Positions 1-9,158 of a stretch of 64,000 nt of DNA are shown piece by piece; within the stretch, counting starts at the first letter, position 1; each line of letters begins with the position of its first letter. The translations under genes were made by a program, and so were the position numbers. Source of the DNA: a virus (Duplodnaviria; Heunggongvirae; Uroviricota; Caudoviricetes); the IMG/VR virus record IMGVR_UViG_3300021440_000001. The stretch is one strand, 5' to 3'. A model generated the notes under the pieces. That model was not told the origin of the DNA. It made no database searches and saw only the letters and a list, made by a program, of their open reading frames with translations.

Positions 1-74
1 GGTAATCTCTGCATTCCTCGCTGCGTTGAACTGAGACGAACAGGGGCTACGGCCCCTCCTACAAGGAGAAACAC

Positions 75-326
75 ATGTCTATCAATACTGACCTGTATTC
101 CCACCTGACTGAAGACCTTGGAATCCCGCATGCATGGGCTTCACATATGGCAAGCTCGCCAAAGCCTGACACATTCCCATATGACTCAGCATTTGCTGCA
201 TTGATGTCGTTTGATAACTGGAGCTTCACGGAAGAGGGTTTTGGCTTCTGGTACAACGTCTTGTGTACTGTCAGCGAGCACGGCGTTGCCGGCTTTGACA
301 AGCACAACTTGCTTGAACTGTCATGA
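75..326 (+). CDS. hypothetical early protein (83 aa)
   Basis: ORF with GGAGA RBS-like sequence upstream; no recognisable motif. Confidence 0.4.
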   Translation: MSINTDLYSHLTEDLGIPHAWASHMASSPKPDTFPYDSAFAALMSFDNWSFTEEGFGFWYNVLCTVSEHGVAGFDKHNLLELS

Positions 327-546
327 TAGGCTACAGTGAGTGCCAGTACCACTCGTGCAATTTTGTAGAGGACGAGGGATCGTTCTGCTACGAGAGAATG
401 CCTTGCAACAGCAGAGCAGATTGTGGTATTCTCTCGTAAGCGCGAAGCACCAGACAAGGGTACATACCGACGAAGACTCCAGCTACAATTCGTCAGAATG
501 AGTCGTAACCAGCTACCAACTACAAAAGAAGTCTGAGGGGTTACTT

Positions 547-741
547 ATGAAGTATGGGATAGAGGAAGGTCAGGTCTACATATCGTGCTCTGGTGAGACG
601 GTAAAAGTAGTTGACTGCGAAACTTATTCTTGGTGCGACGATGTTGTTGTGGAGTGCCTTACGAGAGGCGTGATCTACAGAATCGATGCATTCAAGCTTG
701 CAATGGTGAGATATTCACTACTCGAAGGAGGAGAAGAATGA
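547..741 (+). CDS. hypothetical protein (64 aa)
   Basis: ORF preceded by GAGGGG; overlaps next gene start. Confidence 0.35.
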   Translation: MKYGIEEGQVYISCSGETVKVVDCETYSWCDDVVVECLTRGVIYRIDAFKLAMVRYSLLEGGEE

Positions 742-935
742 GCAATTTTGGAACAGCCGCAATTGCGGTAGCTGGGTGGAGCATCCTCCCGCCAGAAGAC
801 GACAAGCCACAGCGCTGGCACTGCTACATTTCCGCAGACTTCTGCCTTACGCCTAAACCCGGAGAACAACCAAATGCCTTCCAGCGAAAAATGCAGGAAG
901 TGTTTTTTGGGTGGAAGTGGGTACGCATAGAATGA
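738..935 (+). CDS. hypothetical protein (65 aa)
   Basis: internal ATG of ORF 630..935 preceded by strong RBS AAGGAGGAG. Confidence 0.5.
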   Translation: MSNFGTAAIAVAGWSILPPEDDKPQRWHCYISADFCLTPKPGEQPNAFQRKMQEVFFGWKWVRIE

Positions 936-1165
936 CGGAAGTCTTCGTCCTCTGTGAAGAGGTTGACCTTGGATACCACGTCATCTGTGGCTACCACGAC
1001 TCCGAAAGAGCTGAAGCAGACTGCGCGCAGCGCAACATGAGGCATGTCAAAGAGCTTACTACGGCATTGCAGCGGGGCTGTGGATACGACGAAGCCAAGG
1101 CAGTCACATACGCATCACAAAATAGGCCGAGGTTCTTCGTAGAGCCTCTGGAGCTGCGCAAGTGA
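932..1165 (+). CDS. hypothetical protein
   Basis: ORF 911..1165; second ATG overlaps stop of previous gene (ATGA). Confidence 0.4.
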   Translation: MTEVFVLCEEVDLGYHVICGYHDSERAEADCAQRNMRHVKELTTALQRGCGYDEAKAVTYASQNRPRFFVEPLELRK

Positions 1166-1166
1166 T

Positions 1167-1430
1167 ATGGATAACGCGATGAGCGCGGAGTGTATACCGA
1201 TCCCAAAGAACTGCCCGTTCTGCGGCAAGGGGAGCGCCCTGAAGCTGATAACTTCGCAGGCACTGGCAGAGCAAGATAGTGGCTATGACAATGAGTTTTG
1301 GGGTCACTCGGAATCGTGGGTAATGCTCTGCGATGCCAGCCAGCCAGATGGTTTCGGCGGATGTGGCGGGAGTAGTGGGTTCTTCCCAACGACGCGCGAG
1401 GCCGTAGAGGCTTGGAACCGGAGGGCCTAA
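1167..1430 (+). CDS. small zinc-ribbon protein (CPFCG...CGG)
   Basis: Cys pairs typical of a zinc ribbon. Confidence 0.45.
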   Translation: MDNAMSAECIPIPKNCPFCGKGSALKLITSQALAEQDSGYDNEFWGHSESWVMLCDASQPDGFGGCGGSSGFFPTTREAVEAWNRRA

Positions 1431-1448
1431 CAAGGCAAAGGAGTTACA

Positions 1449-1592
1449 ATGAGTTTTACGGAGTCAGAGATCGAAGCCATTGCAGGCCACATGAGACATG
1501 CGGGCTTTAGCATACCGCAAGATTGGGATGCTGACCAGCTTGGCCTGCTGGCTACGGCGGTTCTTGAGGCGCTCGATGTGCCACACGGATAG
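1449..1592 (+). CDS. hypothetical small protein (47 aa)
   Basis: AAGGAG RBS 7 nt upstream of ATG; not in ORF track because <60 aa. Confidence 0.45.
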   Translation: MSFTESEIEAIAGHMRHAGFSIPQDWDADQLGLLATAVLEALDVPHG

Positions 1593-1656
1593 CCCTACGA
1601 ATTGCGCCGGCACGCTGCAAAGCGCTGATGCCCAACAAGGCACTAGACTAGGAGGT

Positions 1657-1785
1657 ATGATGTACTCTCGACTTACTATGCTGGGCTGTACTCTGTGTGG
1701 TAGCTATAACCACAACAGAAGTAAATGTCCTTGGGACTCACAACACATATTGAAAGGACTGCATAACCATGCAATTTCTACTTGA
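1657..1785 (+). CDS. small Cys-rich protein (42 aa)
   Basis: AGGAGG RBS then ATGATG; C..C...C motif. Confidence 0.4.
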   Translation: MMYSRLTMLGCTLCGSYNHNRSKCPWDSQHILKGLHNHAIST

Positions 1786-2071
1786 AGTGGTTGGCGATGC
1801 CAACGATGGTGACTACGTTCGAGAGCTGACAGAGCTTCAAGAAGTACAACTGCCACTCTTACACAAGCTAGTTGCTGCACTAAAAGCCAACTACAACTAC
1901 TGGCCGTCTAATGAGTACGTGGACGATGACGTTGAAGACATCTATGAGAACTACTTCACAGAAGAGGAGCTGGACGAGGTTCTGGATTGGATTCCGTATG
2001 GAGAGTATGGCATCCACACGGTTAACGATATCACTCTCTACGAGTTTGTCGGGAAGAAGGAGCTACTATGA
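1769..2071 (+). CDS. acidic hypothetical protein (100 aa)
   Basis: D/E-rich C-terminal half; typical phage early protein. Confidence 0.5.
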   Translation: MQFLLEVVGDANDGDYVRELTELQEVQLPLLHKLVAALKANYNYWPSNEYVDDDVEDIYENYFTEEELDEVLDWIPYGEYGIHTVNDITLYEFVGKKELL

Positions 2072-2274
2072 AGATTAAAACCAAGGAGCCTGAATTCAAC
2101 CCTATTGAGATTGTCATTGAGAGCCAGGAAGAACTTTATGAGATTGTCATTGAGAGCCAGGAAGAACTTTACGCCCTTTCTCGGATCGTACTCAAAGCCC
2201 ACGCTAACGTAGAAGTTGGAGATAGTGCTGTCAATGAAATGTGCGAAACGCTGGTTATCGGGCTAGGCCTATGA
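2068..2274 (+). CDS. hypothetical protein with internal in-frame 33-bp tandem duplication
   Basis: IVIESQEELYE repeated twice (nt 2110-2175). Confidence 0.5.
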   Translation: MKIKTKEPEFNPIEIVIESQEELYEIVIESQEELYALSRIVLKAHANVEVGDSAVNEMCETLVIGLGL

Positions 2275-2660
2275 GGTTAATCATCGCAGGCAGCCGTAAC
2301 GTAGATGACTACGAAGCCCTACGCTTTGCGATGGTTGACAGCGGGATGTGGAAGCAACACAAGCAGTCTATCGAGGTTGTCTGTGGAATGGCCCGAGGCG
2401 CTGATGCCTTGGGCCTTTTGTTTGCCGAACGAAACAACCTTGCGGTTCACAAGTTCCCAGCAGACTGGGACAAGCACGGCAAGAAGGCTGGGTACCTACG
2501 CAACGCAGAAATGGCTAAGTTTGCGAATGCTTGCCTTATCTTGTGGGATGGACAATCAAAAGGCAGCGCCCACATGAAAGACCTAGCAATAAAGAAGGGT
2601 CTTCCTACATTCGTTTACAAGTGGACTGCTGATACAAGAGACGTTGTAAGGCTACTGTAA
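2271..2660 (+). CDS. SLOG/DprA-like Rossmann-fold nucleotide-binding protein (DUF2493-like)
   Basis: IIAGSR...GMARGADALG motif resembling the LOG/DprA/Smf SLOG superfamily; ATG overlaps upstream stop. Confidence 0.55.
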   Translation: MRLIIAGSRNVDDYEALRFAMVDSGMWKQHKQSIEVVCGMARGADALGLLFAERNNLAVHKFPADWDKHGKKAGYLRNAEMAKFANACLILWDGQSKGSAHMKDLAIKKGLPTFVYKWTADTRDVVRLL

Positions 2661-2720
2661 GCTTGCTCTGCCACTATTCACACATCAACAAACGGAACAG
2701 CCTATCGAAAGGAGCCCTCC

Positions 2721-3200
2721 ATGAAGAACATCATCGCCGCAGCAATCCTCGCCATCGCTGCATCAGCCTCTGCCCAAGAACTTAAGCCTCTAGACTTGGA
2801 GTACAAGGGCGGAAGTCATCACGTCGAAGTCGTTCAAGTGGAGTGGGCCTCTGTGGAGCAGCCCAAGTTCGAGGCCACTTCGTCGTGTGCCGTCAACCTG
2901 AAGACCGACCCGCTCGCCTACGCAACTGTCGCAGCTCTTGTAGCTGACTGGGGCACGACTCGAAACATTGCCAAAGACCCGAGGCACTACCGGGAGACTG
3001 GACCGGCCTCTATCTTCATCGGTAACACTCCGAGCATGGGAGAAGTCAACGTGTACTTCATGTCGCTGATTGCACTCAACCTTGCCACTCGTTGCTACGC
3101 CCCGAAGTGGGCCAGCAACATCATTCTCAGCGTCAACACTGTCGCTCATGGCAGTGCAGCCATTGGCAACTACCGTGTTGGTGCGAAGTTTTCATTCTGA
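2721..3200 (+). CDS. secreted protein with Sec signal peptide
   Basis: N-terminal MKNIIAAAILAIAASASA|QE signal peptide; GGAG RBS. Confidence 0.55.
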   Translation: MKNIIAAAILAIAASASAQELKPLDLEYKGGSHHVEVVQVEWASVEQPKFEATSSCAVNLKTDPLAYATVAALVADWGTTRNIAKDPRHYRETGPASIFIGNTPSMGEVNVYFMSLIALNLATRCYAPKWASNIILSVNTVAHGSAAIGNYRVGAKFSF

Positions 3201-3202
3201 AG

Positions 3203-3469
3203 ATGTACAAGTACACTCCAAAGAAGTCCGTACTCCGAGACTTGCAAGTTAGCAGGACGGGAGCATGGTGGGACAAAGAGTATTACAAACGTATGGAAGT
3301 CCTGAAGGCCTTCGGGGCCGACTCTGGCTATGCGATGTGTACTGCCCTGGCACGGTACTACAAGGGGGTGTGCTTCTACAGCCCTACACCTAGGCGAGAG
3401 ATACCCGTAAACGGCTTACTATTCCCAGTAGCCATGTTCAACGAAGACCAACTGAAAGGAACTTCATGA
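3203..3469 (+). CDS. hypothetical protein
   Basis: ATG immediately after previous stop inside ORF 3092..3469. Confidence 0.4.
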   Translation: MYKYTPKKSVLRDLQVSRTGAWWDKEYYKRMEVLKAFGADSGYAMCTALARYYKGVCFYSPTPRREIPVNGLLFPVAMFNEDQLKGTS

Positions 3470-3705
3470 CTTCAATTCTCAACGCTGTTATCGCTGACAA
3501 CGGTGATGGCGCTCAGAGCATCCACTGGGTTGTCGATTCTGACGTACTCGCCCAGATGGACGAAGCCGCTAGTCAAGGCGATGGACAGTACGCCAGCGGT
3601 GATGGCCTACAAGTGACTGAGCTGAAGTTCAACTCCGAGGAAGAGCGCGATGCGTTCATCTTGATGAACAGGCTGCGGATCAAGACGGAGTACGTTAGCT
3701 ACTGA
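3466..3705 (+). CDS. acidic hypothetical protein (79 aa)
   Basis: ORF with overlapping start/stop (ATGA). Confidence 0.5.
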   Translation: MTSILNAVIADNGDGAQSIHWVVDSDVLAQMDEAASQGDGQYASGDGLQVTELKFNSEEERDAFILMNRLRIKTEYVSY

Positions 3706-3746
3706 AAATCCAAAGTCAGAGGTTTAATGGTTGAAAAAAGGAGTAA

Positions 3747-4331
3747 ATGTTGGTCATTGAGGATTTCAAGAATGAGTGTGGCAAGTGGACGTATACATTA
3801 AATGTGAGCGGTAGGCATACTTTCACTGTCGGTGGAAAGTATTACAACAATATGACTAACAGGTGCAAAATCGGAGGGAGCTTTCAGAAGCTTAATCCGA
3901 CCTACATTGGCTGTACAACCACTTTTAAGTCTTGTCATGACTTCGTGGAGTGGGCCATAACACAAGTAGGTTACGGAGAAGGCACCTTAGATAAGGACAT
4001 ACTGTTGAAAGGAAATAAGGTCTACTGTCCAGAACTCTGCGTATTTGTGTCAGCGGAGGTCAATTCCACTCTGACAAAAAGTAATGCTATCAGAGGTGAG
4101 TGGCCTATCGGAGTTTGCTTGGACAAGAAGCGGAATAAGTTTTATGCGTATGTAAAAGTGAAGGGAAAACAAAAACACCTAGGCTCTTTTACTTCACCGC
4201 AGGCCGCTTTCGCGGCTTATAAGAAAGCTAAAGAAGACGAATGCAAGACTCTAGCTGAAGAGTACAAGTCACAAATCGACCATCGTGTATACCAAGCCCT
4301 GCTAGCGTACACTGTCGAAATTGACGACTGA
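3747..4331 (+). CDS. HNH-AP2 homing endonuclease, family A, copy 1
   Basis: FKNExGxWTY...GGxYYN...RCK...YIGCTTxFKSCHDFxEW (HNH_3-like) plus AP2 domain WPIGV...F.A...G..KHLG.F...EAA.AY; four paralogs in this window. Confidence 0.8.
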   Translation: MLVIEDFKNECGKWTYTLNVSGRHTFTVGGKYYNNMTNRCKIGGSFQKLNPTYIGCTTTFKSCHDFVEWAITQVGYGEGTLDKDILLKGNKVYCPELCVFVSAEVNSTLTKSNAIRGEWPIGVCLDKKRNKFYAYVKVKGKQKHLGSFTSPQAAFAAYKKAKEDECKTLAEEYKSQIDHRVYQALLAYTVEIDD

Positions 4332-4383
4332 AACTTTCAAAAAAAAAAAAATTTGATAACCAGTAAGCACTGGTCTTTGCAAT

Positions 4384-4420
4384 AAACCCGCCCAGGAATA
4401 TATCTGTGGCGGGTTTTTCG
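4384..4420 (+). terminator. rho-independent terminator
   Basis: AAACCCGCC-loop-GGCGGGTTTTTCG after an A-run. Confidence 0.7.
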
Positions 4421-4667
4421 TACTTGTGCGAGCGAGGTGTTTAACCGACGCCGCAGTGGGCTTATGCCACGCCATGAGACTGCAAAATATCCGCATACCT
4501 CATTCTAGCACTAGTTTCAATCCCATGTCAAGCGTAGGGTCTGACTGTTACTCTTCGTCGCGTATACACCACGGAATCGACCTAGAACAAAACCTAATGT
4601 CCCTTTGGTCTTGTTCTTACGGCCTATTTCGTGATAGGATATACCTATAGCAACGAAAAGGAATCTG

Positions 4668-5366
4668 ATGGACTGCATCACATACACCCGCGTATCGACC
4701 CGTGAACAAGGCGACAGTCGCAATGGACTAGAGGCGCAGACCGCCAGACTAGAACAGTTCGCATCCTCTAGCGGGGTGAATATCCTTGCTACCTATGAAG
4801 AGGTAGCTAGCGGGGCTAAGGGCGTGGACGGCAGGCCCGTCCTAGCGGCTGCACTGGCCCATGCTAAGCGGTCTAAGGCCGTCCTGCTGGTGGCGAAGCT
4901 AGACCGGCTAAGCCGCTCAGTGGAGTTCATAGCGGGCCTAATGAACCGGCAAGTACGCTTTGCCAGTGCAGAGGATGGCTTACACTGTGAGCCGTTTATG
5001 CTGCACCTAAAAGCGATGCTTGCCGAGCAAGAACGGCGAATGGTTAGTGAGCGCACTAAGGCGGCGCTGCAGGCTAAGAAAGCACGCGGTGAACCCCTCG
5101 GAGTACACACGCACAAGACACCCCTAGATACTAGCGCTAGGGCTGGCCTAGCGTCCGCTGCTGCTGTGGCTGCTGTGGCCGATCAGTTCGCGCTGCGGCT
5201 GGCTAGCGTGGTGTTACCACTGCGACGCACTGGGATGACGACAGCACAAATAGCTACAACCCTGAACACACAAGGTGTGTATACTGCGAGGGGCGGGCAG
5301 TGGCACGGGTCAACCGTGAACAATATCCTGAAAAGACTGACACAAATGGGGCAAATTGTAGGATAA
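4668..5366 (+). CDS. small serine recombinase (resolvase/invertase family) with C-terminal HTH
   Basis: N-terminal YTRVSTREQ (catalytic Ser), LVAKLDRLSRS, ...ERTKAAL motifs. Confidence 0.8.
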   Translation: MDCITYTRVSTREQGDSRNGLEAQTARLEQFASSSGVNILATYEEVASGAKGVDGRPVLAAALAHAKRSKAVLLVAKLDRLSRSVEFIAGLMNRQVRFASAEDGLHCEPFMLHLKAMLAEQERRMVSERTKAALQAKKARGEPLGVHTHKTPLDTSARAGLASAAAVAAVADQFALRLASVVLPLRRTGMTTAQIATTLNTQGVYTARGGQWHGSTVNNILKRLTQMGQIVG

Positions 5367-5402
5367 TTGCGGCTGGCTTGAAATCCGCCCGGCTAGCCTA
5401 TG

Positions 5403-5432
5403 GCCCGCCCTATAGGGCGGGCTGTTTGCTGT
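5403..5432 (+). terminator. hairpin GCCCGCCCTATAGGGCGGGC followed by T-rich tract
   Basis: perfect 8-bp stem just downstream of the recombinase gene. Confidence 0.5.
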
Positions 5433-5763
5433 GGCTCGCCTGTGGTGGCGGGCTTTCTGCTGCAATTTCAGGCTGTTTTGCTTAACTACGAAAACTGCAT
5501 TTTTAAGCAAACCCTGCTTTTTCTATTGCAGCCTATCCGCTGGTGATGCCCGATGGCTATCCTAGGGCATAGAATGGCCCTACAAGGGCCTGAAACCGCC
5601 TAAGCCACACTCGCCTCTTCGGGGCCGGGTGAAACCCGTCACGCCTGCGGCGTGCCTCGCTTCAGGCCATTGCATGGCGTTTTAATGCCTCGCGTGTTAC
5701 ATTCTAGATACTGCATTTTTGTGCATATAAGCTGCTGATTTTATTGTAGTTTTGCTCAACAGC

Positions 5764-6063
5764 ATGTATGGCGCCATAGGCGCCAGCAATCAAAGGCGTG
5801 CCACACGCGGGCGAGCGGGCGAACCCGTCCGCGTGTTTATTGTGCAATGCTTGCCCCTTCGGGGCTTGTTTGTGGTGCAAGGAATGGCGCCTAGGCGCCT
5901 TTTTATGGCGGACCAGTCCGCAAGCAAGAAAGGCCCCAAAAGGGGCCAAAACAGGCGCAAAAGCGCCTATAAATCCGGCTTTTTGGGGCGGCTTGTCCGC
6001 CACTCGCCCGGCAAAAAGAAAACCCGCCCAAGGCGGGCTGTATGGCGCCTAGGGCGCCTTTAA
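5764..6063. repeat. three copies of palindromic motif ATGGCGCC-TA(G)-GGCGCCTTT among dense GNRA/UUCG-loop hairpins
   Basis: copies at 5764-5787, 5881-5905 and 6039-6063; two further copies at 11443-11462 and 11645-11662. Confidence 0.6.
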
Positions 6064-6264
6064 TCAATAGCCTAGCACTGCGCGAGACTGTGCCAGAGTC
6101 TCGACACAATCGAACACAGAAACCGCCGTTCCATCCGGCAGGATGTCGATTGATTCAATCCGCACAAACCCGCCTTGAACCAAAACGGCACGCTGACCGG
6201 CAAGCCCGATATCGTTGGAGTTTACAAATTTTGCGATCCGGACTAGTTCTTGAGAATGTGACAT
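6064..6264 (-). CDS. hypothetical protein (66 aa)
   Basis: ORF at the distal end of the minus-strand cassette. Confidence 0.4.
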   Translation of the reverse strand: MSHSQELVRIAKFVNSNDIGLAGQRAVLVQGGFVRIESIDILPDGTAVSVFDCVETLAQSRAVLGY

Positions 6265-6277
6265 TTTTAGCTGCGGT

Positions 6278-6429
6278 TATTTGCCGGGGAAAAGCTTTTC
6301 CGCCATCTCTCCCATCTTTGCTCTAGCCCACTGCGCGCGCTTCCAGTCACCGGACTGGGCGTATTCTTGTTCAAGCTTTTCCAGCTTTGCCCAGATGGAC
6401 AGGACTTTAGATGCGTGATCGTGTGCCAT
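6278..6429 (-). CDS. hypothetical small protein (50 aa)
   Basis: ATG-initiated ORF MAHDHASKVL...; below ORF-track cutoff. Confidence 0.3.
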
Positions 6430-6531
6430 GTGTTTAACTCAGTTAGCTCAGTTGGTTAGCGAGTGAATAAATTCTGAAGCTTTTCAAAGCCCCTGTCGAG
6501 AGTCTTAGAAAAGCCCTTTCGGGCTTTGTGG

Positions 6532-6960
6532 TTATTCTTCGCTGAAGTATTCAAAGGCGCGGCAGACTTCCTCAAGCATGAACCATGCCAGCGCGTTGTA
6601 AATCACGGTTTCGCCCTTGCTCTTCGGGCCGTGCAGCGTGTCGATAACTTCGTCGTACGAAAAATCGCCCTTCAGGCAGTTGAAACCCTGCACCATTTCT
6701 GCCGTATTCATGCCGTATTCACGGGCCTGCAACTTGCAGAACGCCACTATTTCCGGGCGGTACTTTTTGGCAAATGCTTCAGTTTCGGTGTAGTAGATGA
6801 AGCCAGAGAAACCAGAGTCAGCGCCGTGGTTGCACACATCCTGTGCCGTTTCCTTGAACGCTTGCCAGCCGCCCAGATTGCGCACGATGGCGCGGATCAC
6901 GCGGCTGTCGATTTCGGTGGAAGCGATGAAGGCGCGCAGGGTCTTGATGGTCTTGGTCAT
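6532..6960 (-). CDS. hypothetical early protein (142 aa)
   Basis: ATG preceded by GAAAGA SD and a TTGACA/TAGAAT promoter. Confidence 0.6.
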   Translation of the reverse strand: MTKTIKTLRAFIASTEIDSRVIRAIVRNLGGWQAFKETAQDVCNHGADSGFSGFIYYTETEAFAKKYRPEIVAFCKLQAREYGMNTAEMVQGFNCLKGDFSYDEVIDTLHGPKSKGETVIYNALAWFMLEEVCRAFEYFSEE

Positions 6961-6997
6961 TTTGTTCTTTCGGGGGTGTTTGGGAGTCGATGAACGT

Positions 6998-7024
6998 ATT
7001 CTAGGGCTTGTTTTTGTTTGTCAA
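6998..7024 (-). promoter_or_regulatory. sigma70-like promoter (TTGACA-N15-TAGAAT) for gene 6532..6960
   Basis: reverse complement of 7019-7024 is TTGACA; -10 TAGAAT. Confidence 0.5.
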
Positions 7025-7045
7025 TCCCCTTTTTACTGTAGGGCT

Positions 7046-7357
7046 TTAGATTTCGCGGATCAGGTTTTTCTCTACCATATCCGCCCAGCAAGCAACAATT
7101 AACCGATGTCCGATAAAAACAACAGTTGTTGCGTATGCGTCGCCTGTGTTTGCATAGTATACATGATCGCCGGAAGGTTTGTAAATACCTAAATATTCAA
7201 TTCCAAATGTTTGCAGAATTCCGTCGATTTTTTCACGGGCGGGGCCACGCTTCAGGTTTTCTTCCTTCCACGCTTTGCGGATGGCGCGGGCGTCAGCGCG
7301 CGTCACATCCTTGATTGTTTCCAGCTTTTCAACACTTGCGGCGGTGCGAATGTTCAT
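7046..7357 (-). CDS. hypothetical early protein (103 aa; ORF-track start 7387 is a GTG upstream of the promoter -10)
   Basis: ATG at 7357 lies downstream of promoter 7388-7416. Confidence 0.5.
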   Translation of the reverse strand: MNIRTAASVEKLETIKDVTRADARAIRKAWKEENLKRGPAREKIDGILQTFGIEYLGIYKPSGDHVYYANTGDAYATTVVFIGHRLIVACWADMVEKNLIREI

Positions 7358-7387
7358 TTCTGTTCCCGGTTTGTTTACTGTGTTCAC

Positions 7388-7416
7388 AGTGTAGGGGCCT
7401 GTTCTGGTCTTGTCAA
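7388..7416 (-). promoter_or_regulatory. sigma70-like promoter TTGACA-N17-TACACT
   Basis: read on the minus strand. Confidence 0.55.
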
Positions 7417-7435
7417 GCCCCTACAGCTTGCAGGG

Positions 7436-7744
7436 TTATTTGTAGTCGCGGATTCGCTTGTCTCGTTCGTTTTCTTCGTCCGTCACAGCCTGCCCATGAA
7501 TTCCGATAACCACAGGCGCCACCTTATAGCCAGCTTCCACAATCTCGCCATTGTGCATTGTGAAATGCCAGCCTTTGCCCTTGTGATTTATCCACATTTC
7601 ACGCCATGCGCCAGCGTATCGGCCGGGCTGTTCATCGTTCCATTCTTTATCTGTCACGATGTCGCCATATCGGCGGATTTCCGCGTAAACGTCGCGGAAA
7701 TCTCCCATTTCGTAAGCTTTTTGCAGTTGCTTGGCGGTTTTCAT
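7436..7744 (-). CDS. hypothetical early protein (102 aa; first ATG of ORF lies in the promoter -10/leader)
   Basis: second ATG (MKTAKQLQ...) follows conserved leader GCGAAGCATCAAAACC. Confidence 0.5.
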   Translation of the reverse strand: MKTAKQLQKAYEMGDFRDVYAEIRRYGDIVTDKEWNDEQPGRYAGAWREMWINHKGKGWHFTMHNGEIVEAGYKVAPVVIGIHGQAVTDEENERDKRIRDYK

Positions 7745-7775
7745 TTCGTGCCTGTCTTTGGTTTTGATGCTTCGC

Positions 7776-7803
7776 ATTCTGCCATAAAATGCGAGACAGT
7801 CAA
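7776..7803 (-). promoter_or_regulatory. sigma70-like promoter TTGACT-N16-CAGAAT
   Basis: minus strand; the motif block CTTGTCAAGCCCCT...TGCATGG recurs at 7390 and 9530. Confidence 0.5.
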
Positions 7804-7987
7804 GCCCTTACAGCTAGCATGGTCAAAACCTATTAAAACGCCCTAGAACGGCCTGCAATGCTTCGCCTGTGTGGTTGCCTTACCGTGCCAGCGTTCGACG
7901 CCTGTGGCGCATTCCAGCGCGTTCCTGCGGCATCCTTTCGACTCACAAAAGCAAAACCCGCACTAAGCGGGCTTTGTTGCTGGCGGG

Positions 7988-8119
7988 TCAGACTGCTTCC
8001 CTCTTGGTGTTCGTTCGTTCCCACTTGCGGCGCTTTTGCAAGCGTGCGCGCTGTTCTTCGCTCTTCTGTTCCTGCTGGCGGGTCTTGAGGGTCTTTGCGT
8101 AATGTGCGTTATTTTGCAT
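7988..8119 (-). CDS. K/R-rich small protein (43 aa)
   Basis: ATG ORF followed on the minus strand by hairpin AAAGCCCGCTTAGTGCGGGTTTTGCTTTT (plus 7945-7975). Confidence 0.3.
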   Translation of the reverse strand: MQNNAHYAKTLKTRQQEQKSEEQRARLQKRRKWERTNTKREAV

Positions 8120-8203
8120 TTTGGTATTCCTTCTATTTGTCGCGGGTTATCCGCAGGGGTTTGGTTAGGCGGGGTTATTAGAAATAGTCTTTGAAAAGCC
8201 CCT

Positions 8204-8222
8204 GCGGGCTTGTGGTTATTCT
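8204..8222 (-). terminator. terminator-like hairpin AAGCCCCTGCGGGCTT
   Basis: downstream of gene 8366..8719; short U tract only. Confidence 0.4.
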
Positions 8223-8365
8223 GGGTTGTTTGCTCTCATCCAGTCCGTGCAGTTTGCACGGCTTAAGCTTCGGAATTGAACAATCCCGGCGCTGCTGCGC
8301 ACTTCCCAAAATGCGCCGTTCTTTTTCAGGGTGTACATGATTTTATTTCCAGTAGTCAAGTGTGG

Positions 8366-8719
8366 TTATTCGATTTCGCTTGCAATTTCAGCTTCGATTA
8401 CTCGCTTGTAAGTGTCGCCATAAGGCGAGCCATCGGGGCCAAAATCAATTCCGCCTAAGTTTGAAACGTGCTCGCCGGCTTCATTATACATCGTGCAAAG
8501 CCACGTTTCATGATCCATATCAGTAGACCAGTCTGCGGCCGTCACATCCGGGTCAATCTGCCATTCAAACGCATAACCGCCTTGCCGGGCTTTTTCTTCA
8601 GCCTGTGCCAGTTGCACGGCGCAGCGTGCGCGGCCTTGCTCTTCCGTTTCAGCCTGCGGATTGTAGCTGTAGCCCGCGTGAGCATAGAAAAACTTTTGAT
8701 CGGCGTTCAGGTTTTGCAT
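8366..8719 (-). CDS. highly acidic protein (117 aa, about 22% D/E), candidate DNA-mimic anti-restriction protein
   Basis: composition only; located in the early cassette with its own promoter. Confidence 0.5.
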   Translation of the reverse strand: MQNLNADQKFFYAHAGYSYNPQAETEEQGRARCAVQLAQAEEKARQGGYAFEWQIDPDVTAADWSTDMDHETWLCTMYNEAGEHVSNLGGIDFGPDGSPYGDTYKRVIEAEIASEIE

Positions 8720-8745
8720 TTTGTGCTTTCCGTTGACATGAGGAA

Positions 8746-8773
8746 ATTCTAAGCTTTTCTAAAGCCCTGTCAA
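8746..8773 (-). promoter_or_regulatory. sigma70-like promoter TTGACA-N16-TAGAAT
   Basis: minus strand, directly after hairpin 8784-8799. Confidence 0.55.
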
Positions 8774-8783
8774 GAGCCTTAGA

Positions 8784-8799
8784 AAGCCCTTCCGGGCTT
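8784..8799 (-). terminator. terminator-like hairpin AAGCCCTTCCGGGCTT
   Basis: UUCC-loop stem-loop between genes. Confidence 0.4.
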
Positions 8800-8805
8800 G
8801 TGGTT

Positions 8806-9078
8806 TTAAAACATCGTGAAAGTGTCCGGCTGTTTTCCGTCACGCGCTTGAGCGTATGACACGCGGCGCGATGCGCCGGCAGCTTTCAAGATTTCATTGA
8901 TGTGGCTTGCCGTTGTTGTGGAGTAGAAACCACAGAACGAGAATTCGATTTGTCCGGTTTCCGTGTGGCGGGCGATGGTGCTGCCGTGCAGCTTATATGC
9001 CGTGCCGTCAGTCTTTGCATTGTGGCATGCGCCGGGCTTGTGGGCGAGGAACGCCCGGGCGAGTTCTGTCTTGTTCAT
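8806..9078 (-). CDS. hypothetical early protein (90 aa)
   Basis: ATG ORF with promoter 9117-9145. Confidence 0.55.
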   Translation of the reverse strand: MNKTELARAFLAHKPGACHNAKTDGTAYKLHGSTIARHTETGQIEFSFCGFYSTTTASHINEILKAAGASRRVSYAQARDGKQPDTFTMF

Positions 9079-9116
9079 GGATTGCTTTCGTTAGCGGGGT
9101 TGTGATTCAGTGCCTG

Positions 9117-9145
9117 AATTTTGAGGCTTTCAAAAAACCCTGTCA
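9117..9145 (-). promoter_or_regulatory. sigma70-like promoter TTGACA-N17-CAAAAT
   Basis: minus strand, after hairpin 9159-9174. Confidence 0.5.
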
Positions 9146-9158
9146 AGGGCTTTTTTGA

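Noticed and set aside
5700-6063. ORFs 5704-6003(-), 5752-6063(+), 5798-6052(+), 5903-6109(-)
   Set aside because: They overlap one another in a hairpin- and palindrome-dense GC-rich spacer. The K/R/G/P-rich translations are typical of non-coding GC-rich DNA.
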